Below, piece by piece: positions 55,610 through 64,000 of a stretch of DNA of 64,000 nt. The notes beneath the pieces are model-generated. The model did not search any database, was not told the origin of the DNA, and worked only from the letters and a program-made list of their open reading frames with translations. The stretch covers positions 31,434,001 through 31,498,000 of the forward strand of contig OZ281496.1 in the NCBI GenBank assembly GCA_965637545.1, in the 5' to 3' direction. Position numbers and translations under genes: made by a program. How positions within the stretch are numbered: position 1 is the stretch's first letter; every line of letters starts with the position of its first letter. The DNA is from Phallusia mammillata (taxonomy: Eukaryota).

Positions 55610-58600
55610 AGGATTTTGGATTCGATCTAGTTCTGCCTGTATGACAGCTCTTTCATCCTCGTTTACATTTCGTCTCATTCCACCAGCTTCGATAAATGCA
55701 TCTCCCATTCGGAAAAACCTTCCAACCTTCGGTAAAATACTGGCCACCACTCTGGCGCCATCAGTGTCCAAAGAGTTGTTGTGGAAGTTGACATCATCAA
55801 CCTGGGGGAAATGTAAGTATAAAAAATCCACCAGTGAAGTTTAGTTTAAGTTGTAATTTTGATTGCTTGAAAAATGCTAACATCTACAGTAGTAATACAG
55901 TAGTATTTGAATGTGGTTGGTTTAAATTAATTTTGGGTAAAAATCAGCCACTGATTCAATACCAATTTGAAAAAAAATGTACAATAACTCTATTTTATTT
56001 TACACCATAAACAAACAAATACAACCCATTCATCCAACATGCTATACATAAACAATATTAGTTGTTCACTGTTACACACATTAGCTATCAACTTCATACT
56101 AAACCAATCCTAAAACACTATTTTACTAATCTTAGTGTAAAATTGGAACACTATATACGGATCTGTTCATAACTTTAATGGTGAAAATAACGGCCCAAAT
56201 AGACATAAAACGCGACATGCTTTATTGTTCAAACGTTTCGGCAAATGCTCATGCCATGACTGATGATGGCATGAGCATTTGCCGAAACGTTTGAACAATA
56301 AAGCATGTCGCTTTTTACGTCTGTTTGGGCCGTTATTTTCACCATAGTGTAAAATTATTATAACACCTGCATCACTAACCACTGAGTCCATTTCAACAAT
56401 TCCTGAACAGATGAGTTCGAATTGATGTGTTGTAAGGTTGCAGTATCGCAGATCCATGTATTCAATTCTTTTTGTTACATGTCGAAGGACGAATGCAAAA
56501 GCATGTGCTTCACTTGCAGTAAAGGGTGTTTGTTCTAAAATCACCTGGCTCGGAAAACATTCAGCAATCGCTCGGGTTACTTCTTCATTGTCACATTCGC
56601 GCACATCCAAAAGCAGATCAATGAATAACTGCCGCTCTTTAATAAAATAACAATTTATAGTTGCATAAAGTCAGTGTTATAGCAAATTAGTTTTTGTTTT
56701 TTTAGTTTGGGCGGCCTTAAGATGCTGTAGTGCCACATAGATGTATTGGGTTATTATGGTTCTTGTCATTTCAAAGAAGTATAAAGCAACAAAAAGACAA
56801 AGTATGATGGCAATGAAGTTTCTAGTTGCGCTGCTAAGCCATCTATTCATCTTCTTAAACACAAAAATGAGAACCACAAGTATCTTCAATTGCTACTGAC
56901 AAGGATTTAGGTACCAATAGCTTTGCTAATATTGTACATACATAATGTTCTAGTTAATAAAAACTTAAACTTGCGAAGCATATTTCCAAAAGACAGACTA
57001 CAGTTTGAAAATATGTTTGTAGTGGTAGGTTTGACCAAATTCGGGCAGAACAAATAATATACAAACTTTTCTTTCTTTCTTGTTCATCTGCGGTGCTCAG
57101 AGCAATGCCCGTCTCGGCAAAAGTCTTGAGGAACTTCTTTAAAAAGCAGATCCTTTTTTCCTTGTCATCTGAGGAACAAATCATGCTGTATGTTGGCCTC
57201 GTAAATTTAACAAACCCTTCTGTTCTTACCACAGACATTGCTGATTCCCATGCGCTGCAATGGTCCACTGAGTCTCCTTTTTAACGATGGGCGAAGGGTC
57301 AGCCTCACAGCTTCATTACCTGGAAGTAAACAAAATTGTTCGGTATTATTTAATAGGAACACCAGGCACAAGAATGTAGCTTTGATGCTGGATCAGTCAA
57401 GTATTTGTTGGCATATTTTAAATAAGTCACTTGTATTTGGCATTTATTGGATATAGTATGTGGTAAAATAGATTTGGTTAAGTGTTTAAGAATTAACAGG
57501 TGTAAGAATTGTACTTTAAGAGATTTGGTATGAAACCTGACCAACTTAGTGCAGTGTTATACTGTTTTGCAGGCGCATCTATGCTTACGGTTTATATCAT
57601 AATGTTTGTGAGATAACTTTGTGGCACATATGATTTTTATGATGATATCTGTTGTTGATCTATAAAGAGACTAAAAGGTATTTACTTGCATTGAAGGCGC
57701 TGTTGATAAGCAAAGCAGCAGCGAAGCGTCGAACCATCGTCCAATGAAACTCAAACAAGTCGTCCTTTACGAAATATTTGAATGTGGCGAGATCCATCTT
57801 TTCACTCACTGCATACTTGGATGAGAAGAACTCTTGGAGGGTTTGATGGTTGAAGTAAAGCTTGTATTCACCATCAAACATGAGAACATTGTGGAATCCG
57901 GCTGGAAGGACTATGGTGATGTCCTGGACGTCCGCAATTTCAAGTTCCACTTCTCTGAGATTATTTTCAGTGATGAGTACCGTTCCTCTTCTGGTGGCTT
58001 TGTAAGCGATCACCTCAACTTTGGACATCAACTCTTCGACCGGAATCGGAGCCCGACCCACCGACCTCTGCACCCCCCTCAAGACTTTCTGCAGCACTGA
58101 CGTAATACTGGTTACGTCATTGCCTCCTTCACAGCATGCGGCGGATATGTAGACGAGCATAGCTGGGTTGGCGCACATGAATGGAAGTTGAGGTGCTCTA
58201 CGTTGAAGTCGCTGCCATTGATCTGCTCCAGAATCCCCCACTAGATGGATAAAGAGCTCTTCCGCATCACCAGGAGAAAATCCGTTGAGCATGACGACTC
58301 GATCAGGCTGGAGGTGTACCGGAAGTCCGAGCATCGCGTGCGGACGTGACGTCAACAATAGTTGGATCTTGGGGAGGATTCCCGCGTTGAAGAGATTGCC
58401 CATTATGACGTCAATAGCGGCTTTGTTACGTGGGTTGATGTTGGGAGGGTTGTCTAAATTTTGCCAGCTGGCCTGGTCGTATCCGTCCAGAATCAACCTG
58501 CATTCTTCCTGATGCCTTTCAATCCAATCGAAAAACTCCGTAGTGGCTCTGTCGTCACAATTGTATCGCTTACTCAACAATATCTCAGCGATTGTGACGT

Positions 58601-59575
58601 CATAGTTGTAATCCATGTTCATGAAGTTGGCGTGGAGGATAATCTTGTCTGTTGCGTCACAGAGCCTTCTGCTGATGGTTGATTTCCCCGCCCCAGCTTC
58701 ACCCAGTACCCCTACAACACGAGGGACTCTCCCCTCTCGCTCACTGAACAGCTCATGTGGCAGTAGGGGGCCGAGACTGGCAAGGGTGGGACGAGAACGT
58801 GGATTGTACTCCTCGTTTTGGGGCTGCGCTTCACCGGTGTAGAAGAGGATTTGGTTCATGACCGGATTTTTTTCGGGCACATCGTTCCTGTTCACTCCGG
58901 GCAAGCGGATCTGGAGTCTCTCCTCTCTGTTGTTCCGGAGAAGATTCAACAAATCTGCGCGAACTTTGTCATCGTTGCGTGGAGCTATATAGAAATCATA
59001 TCAATGCGAAACCGATTTTTGAACAGTCTTAAGTTTATGCGGGAAATGCCAAGGTTTTAATCAACAAATCTTCCCAAATTGTTGCTTAAAACAGGATTTC
59101 AAACTTTCTTGCTGTGCGACCCCATTTTAGAAAAGAAATTTTTATGTCACACCTTGATGGGTATATGCGTATACACATGAATGATGTTTAAACAATAATT
59201 TTACGCACGTATATACCATTTATCGTGACATAATAACGCATAATGTTTCGCGACCCAAAAACTATATTTCTTTGGGTCGCGACCCACAGTTTGAAAAGCC
59301 CTGGCTTAAAGAAAATAAAAGCATTATTTTAATGATATAAATGAATTCTTATTTTTGGTAAATTGTGGCTACAATGAAAAAGTTTTTCCTGTTACCGTTA
59401 GCAACGTGACGTACCTGGTGGGGGCGCCACCGGGTGGATGTGGATTTGGTCACCAACTGTGGAAATAAAAGTTGAAATCACAAACATTAACTGTCTTGTG
59501 ACAATCAACTGGTTGTTATTTCAACTTACAGACAACATTGTCGGCATGCATTGCGTGGTTTTCGTTCCTGTTCAT
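55610..59575 (-). CDS. NACHT-domain NLR-like protein with a short N-terminus and few LRRs; 3' end not fixed
   Basis: Exons 59575-59530, 59456-59415 and 58984-57686 (Walker A VLGEAGAGKS, Walker B LILDGYDQ, LLLTSRP, winged helix FNHQTLQEFFSS), 57321-57230, 57168-57067, 56636-56380 (IEYMDLRYCNLT) and 55801-55610 (VNFHNNSLDTDGARVVA). A possible last exon lies near 55100-55040. Confidence 0.88.
56178..56345. repeat. Family C near-perfect foldback (about 80-bp arms) with a hammerhead core on the plus strand
   Basis: ATGGTGAAAATAACGGCCCAAATAGAC..GCCAT-gactgatg-ATGGC..GTCTGTTTGGGCCGTTATTTTCACCAT. Core CTGATGA-T-GGCA-TGAGCATT-TGCC-GAAAC-GTT at 56260-56291. Confidence 0.85.
59092..59303. mobile_element. 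hAT (Buster-type) MITE in NLR intron 2
   Basis: Ends CAGGATTTCAAACT / AGTTTGAAAAGCCCTG. TSD GCTTAAAA / GCTTAAAG. Confidence 0.8.
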
Positions 59576-59869
59576 TCTCTGCTAGTTCGGATCAGATGCC
59601 TGCACTGCTCCGGATGCGCATTACGTCACAATGCCAGGTTACGACATTTTGCTAATTATAACAACATGTGTAAATAATTTAAATTTGTTCACGTCACAAT
59701 TACTCATCAATGACGTCATAAATCAACTTAATTTAAGTCTGCCTTTGACACTCCTAATAAAAAAGTCCTTTCATTAGGGGCTTGAAATTATCTAACATTT
59801 CTTTTCCTCTTTCCTGATACGGGCCTTTGACTTCTATAGCCCCATTGACTGGTCCCACTAATGTTCCGC

Positions 59870-60110
59870 CTCCCTCAAGTCGTGTTTTACTCACAATGTG
59901 CGCACTTTTCGTTTTTATGAGCCCCAGTCACATAACGCTTTACAATACGGTGTAGCTGTAGCGCGTTCAGTCATGATCTACACCAATTGTGCCCTCCGTT
60001 GTTTTGCGCTATACATAACCTAACGTTTCAACGCTGCTATTTTTCGTCTTGGTGATTGTTTTAGTTTGTGACGCTATATTTTCTTTCACCAAGCGAAACA
60101 AACACGCTTT
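59870..60110 (+). repeat. Third copy of the LINE target repeat, uninterrupted
   Basis: CACATAACGCTTTACAATACGGTGTAGC is identical to 13452-13479. Continues through CCAATTGTGCCCTCC to TTCTTTCACCAAGCGAAA. Confidence 0.8.
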
Positions 60111-60717
60111 TATTCATTCTTTACATTTTCGCTATTATGCTTGTGAACGTAAACACCGAACCTGCCTTAAAAAGCTTCCGAAACCAAAGATTACATCGGT
60201 TTTCTCGTTAACTCGTTTATGACTTCCGCAAATACCTTTTATGGAGTGTAAGCTGTACAAACCCTATAATATTGTTTTTATTTATATGTTTGTAAAAAAA
60301 AGCAGTTTTTTAGAAAACTTTATTTAATTTGTTGCATTTAAATTGGTCGGTTGCTAAAAATTTTTGAACTTTAGTTTCACACAACAAAAAAGTTTGGTTT
60401 CGGCCAAATTTTCTGAACAGTTCCAGCCGAAACTGAAACACCACCATAAACGCATATTCGGCAGAAAACAAGATTACAGTTTTGCAACTGCATCTAAATA
60501 TTTAACACAAAATAAAGCAAAAAAAACAACATTTTTAATCCAGAAAACTGAGAAACCGTTTCCTTCTGATCTCAACTGTTTGAGAAACCACCAAACCAAT
60601 TTCCTTTACTCAGTAATTCGACAGTAAAAGAGATAGTAGCGCGTTTATATTGTGACATCACACAAGCGAAGATCCTGAATAAAGAAAACAAAGTCCATCT
60701 GTCGCGTTTCAAAATGC

Positions 60718-60799
60718 GGAATTTCCCCAATGTGTGTTTACGGTATTTCCTTGAATGCGAGCGCGAATCAATACTCAGTTTATATCGGGGGACGTTCCC
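60718..60799. promoter_or_regulatory. Two NF-kB-like sites upstream of the NLR gene
   Basis: GGAATTTCCCC at 60718-60728 (reverse contains GGGAAATTCC) and GGGGGACGTTCCC at 60787-60799. Motif match only. Confidence 0.35.
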
Positions 60800-61143
60800 A
60801 TGGCTACGCGACAACGCATCGGAAGGAGAGTGTCACGTGCTGATGTTATGAATAACACGACGGTGTTTGTGTGGGCGAGAGGCGCAACAACGTGTCTTTG
60901 GTTTGAGCGACAATAACCGCTTCCACCTCCATAATAGTGCTGACTACATGTTGTGGCTGCCTCATGTAAACAGAAACAGACCATGTGAATTCTGCTCTGC
61001 TAAGCTTAATGGCTAAGTCCTCATTTAAGCCTAGCAAAGTATAAAAAATCTTTACAACAGTAGCTTGTATCACATAATACCGCAAGTTAATTTGAACTAA
61101 TTTTTTTTTAATTTTTGAAAGCACTTTTCTGGGTGGTTTTAAG

Positions 61144-61656
61144 TAGAGATGTACCGAATATTCGGTTTGCCGAATTTATTCGGCCGAATCGATCATTTTT
61201 GCAAAGATTCGGTTTCGGCCGAATAATTTGTTGCGATTCGACCGAAACCGAATCTTTTACGAACACAAATTTAAAGCGTTAAACGTGTCTTTTCTGCTTA
61301 TTAAGGTCCACGCAATCTTTCAAAAGCCCAAACATAACGAAAATTGCGTCAATGTTTATCTTTTTCAACACATTATCGTTTTTCCCACGGTAGTCAAAAA
61401 CATTAGTAATTCATTGGCAGGTTGCCAATCATGCTTAAGGCAATTTTAAACCCCACAGAACTGAAATAAGGACGAAACACAACTGTTTTGCACTGGCTGC
61501 CTGGTAGATAAACATTTTTTTTCACGTCAAACGCGAAGCGTACGACTTCGCGGGACGTCATAAATGATTCGGTTGATTCGGCCGAATTTATTCGGCAAAA
61601 CCGCCGAATATTCGGTTTCGGCCGAATCGAAATTTAGCCGATTCGGTACATCGCTA
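61144..61656. mobile_element. hAT (Ac-type) MITE
   Basis: TIRs TAGAGATGTACCGAAT / ATTCGGTACATCGCTA, perfect TSD GTTTTAAG, and subterminal TTCGGCCGAA repeats. Confidence 0.9.
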
Positions 61657-62129
61657 GTTTTAAGACTCACATCAAATACAACCTCCCGTCTATTGTCACT
61701 CCCCTTCCATGTTTGTTGCGCCACATTAACCATTGTTGCACTAGACCGAGCACTATGACGCCACAATATATTTCCCCGTCCTTAAAGTTTCCCTTATGAT
61801 TCACAGCTGGCTGCAAAGATGCTCTGCCAAGCAAACCTAATATTGCAGCTAAATATAAGTTGAGGCAAAACTTGTGTCTCTACTTCAACGTCATACTGGC
61901 CGATCAACTTATCAATGCAAACTGCGATTACGGCTCATTCCATTTTTAGTTTAAATTCAACCCCTAAAACTGAAACTTGCGAAACGAATTGAGTATCTAA
62001 AAAATGTTGCGGCAATTCTTCTATGACATCATATTCGTGCGCACAGAGTTACATTCTTTATGACGTAATAGAAATATGACGTCATAAAGCTAGTTAAGGT
62101 TATTTCAGCTTGGAACATCATTTGTCTAA

Positions 62130-62205
62130 AAGAAAATAACGGCCCAAATAGACTAAAAAGCGACCTGCTTTATTAATCAAACGTTTCGCAAGAGCTAATG
62201 TCAGT
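62130..62205 (-). repeat. Family C fragment
   Basis: GAAAATAACGGCCCAAATAGACTAAAAAGCGACCTGCTTTATT..CAAACGTTTCG. Core degenerate. Confidence 0.55.
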
Positions 62206-64000
62206 TGTTTAGTTACTTAGTTCAGCTTTATAAGCATATAGCTCAAGACTTATTAAAGATTATTTCAGCTCCACTACATAAACCATGTTGGCGCACTTTA
62301 AGAAAGCAAATCGTATAATAAACTGGTTTTCGCGTGGTCGCCACAATGCTACGTTAAAAGGGGAACCAAACTCTCACTTTCTGAGCGGAAGTACTTCAGT
62401 TGTTACGTCACAGTGGGCAGGCATCATTCAAACTACCCCAATGCTTGTGACCATAGGCATAGAGCGTGCCCTTATGTTGGTAATAAAACCAATGCGTTTT
62501 GTGTGTTTGTACAGAATTGTCAGTCTATTATTCTCCGTAGTGTGTGTATTTCTTTTAATAGTGAGTGTGTTTCTGCCAATCAAACTTTTGGGCCAAAACG
62601 GGCTTCTTAAAAACGATTAGGCTTTTGGGCTTCAACTTTTTAGGTCGGGCTCGAATGTCGGAAACTCGGAATGCTCGATAACCGTGCAATTTGTTAAACC
62701 GTGCACTTGCCAACAATGGCCACTGTTATCTCATTTGACCTCCCAATCAATGATCATTGTCACGACACAAGGCCTAGGTTTTTTTTCAACTTGTTCCAAT
62801 TTTAGGCTGAATTTGGGGTCACATTGGTGCATTGCAGTACTCGGATATATTTTGCTATGACTGAAACTGACGAAAGACGATTGGCACAAAAAAATAAAAC
62901 CTGCATAAGACTTGATTGTAAAAAAGGAGTTCCTTCAATTCCCACAAACAAGCCCCGATAGTCAATAATAAACACGTTTCGATGTTAAAAAAATATTTAC
63001 AAAACGTTTCGATTTGAGAAACAATTATGTGTCTCAATGTTTAGATATACTCGCGTGAGATGTACTGGTTTTGTTGGACTATCGTTGTATGCAAATATTG
63101 TAATGGCACAAGAGGTTTCTCCTTACTATGGTAAATATTTGCTTGTTAACAGGAACAGCTACTATTTTGTATTCACTTTTTTATATTCCCATTTCCCATT
63201 TCTACAGTTTTAACTTCTTTGTGTTAATTCACTTATTCAACAAATCTTCCCACTTTTCTTTCTTGGCACGCAGTATTTCGTTTTGTTTGCATAATTGATT
63301 AATTCATAGGGCTAACAAACGCAAAATCAAGTTTATTTCCACTCATGTAGAACTACTGACACGATATTAGGTTAATCCAGCGGTTCCCAATCTTTCTTGT
63401 GCCGAGGCCCCTTGATAAAATTAGTAGGCTCTAAATTAAAATTGGGTGTATTGTTTCTCACCAAAAAGTGGCCCATGAGTTTATTTATTGGGGCTAGCGG
63501 TCCTTTGCCTAAAACGAGTTAGGAACCGCGCCTAAGGGCTTAGGCGACCCCAGTCGGGTACATTAATTTGGGGCAAAAATAAACCAGCAGCAATTCTGTG
63601 ATTTCTTTTTGTGGTCAGGTGATATGCATAATACCAACTTAAATTGTTTTATTTTAACTCCGACAAATTTCACGCCTCATGCTGTAGTCTTAAAACACTA
63701 TACATGCGGAGCAGGGCTGCCACTTTGGTTTGAATGAAATAATCTAGTTTGACCTCCAAAAATATCTAAATCATCTAGATTGAAAAACAAAACCTCCAAA
63801 AATATATCTAAACATAAAATAATCCAATTTAATGTAATATATTAGCAAAACAACAACGCATATGAAGGTTTTTGATATAAATTGCTCTATATTTGATGCT
63901 AAAGAAGCTTAGCCTACTTCTTCCTTTTCATCACTCTATTTTTTCTGTTACAGTTATAACATTACAACGTTGAAGCTTTTGTGGTTATCTGTGTAGAACG

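Noticed and set aside
56167-56379. C-terminal half of the 147-aa ORF at 56167-56610
   Set aside because: It is read-through past a GTTAGT donor (56379) into the family C hairpin. Only 56636-56380 is exon.
61144-61656. Short TTCGGCCGAA repeats that might suggest a CRISPR array
   Set aside because: They are irregularly spaced subterminal repeats inside a TIR/TSD-bounded hAT MITE in a eukaryotic genome, with no constant spacer length. The same applies to 42897-43317.

Overview
AT-rich eukaryotic genomic DNA with compact GT-AG introns, probably from an invertebrate chordate such as an ascidian (inference only, from intron size, modular phase-1 exons and abundant TGACGTCA). No prokaryotic features. 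I traced six spliced genes by hand: LCCL-LCCL-EGFx4 (minus, about 0.6-11.3 kb); a secreted FN3/TIL/thyroglobulin-1/VWA mosaic (plus, 26.7-36.8 kb); ATAD3 (plus, 38.6-46.0 kb); SPAG7 (minus, 46.6-49.9 kb); OMA1 (minus, 50.5-53.6 kb); and a NACHT-LRR (NLR-like) gene (minus, about 55-59.6 kb). An intact Tx1/L1-clade LINE (13.6-18.9 kb) sits inside a dispersed repeat, and there are many hAT MITEs with readable 8-bp TSDs. Main observations: (1) three unrelated dispersed repeat families each contain a hammerhead ribozyme core. One family folds into a complete type I hammerhead, and intact cores lie in sense within SPAG7 and OMA1 introns. (2) The NLR has no death-fold domain and instead starts with a short RHIM/cRHIM-like motif. 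(3) LINE ORF1 ends in about five tandem Cys-pair zinc ribbons and abuts ORF2 in frame as TAA-ATG. Exon boundaries and folds were read by eye. No searches or folding programs were run.
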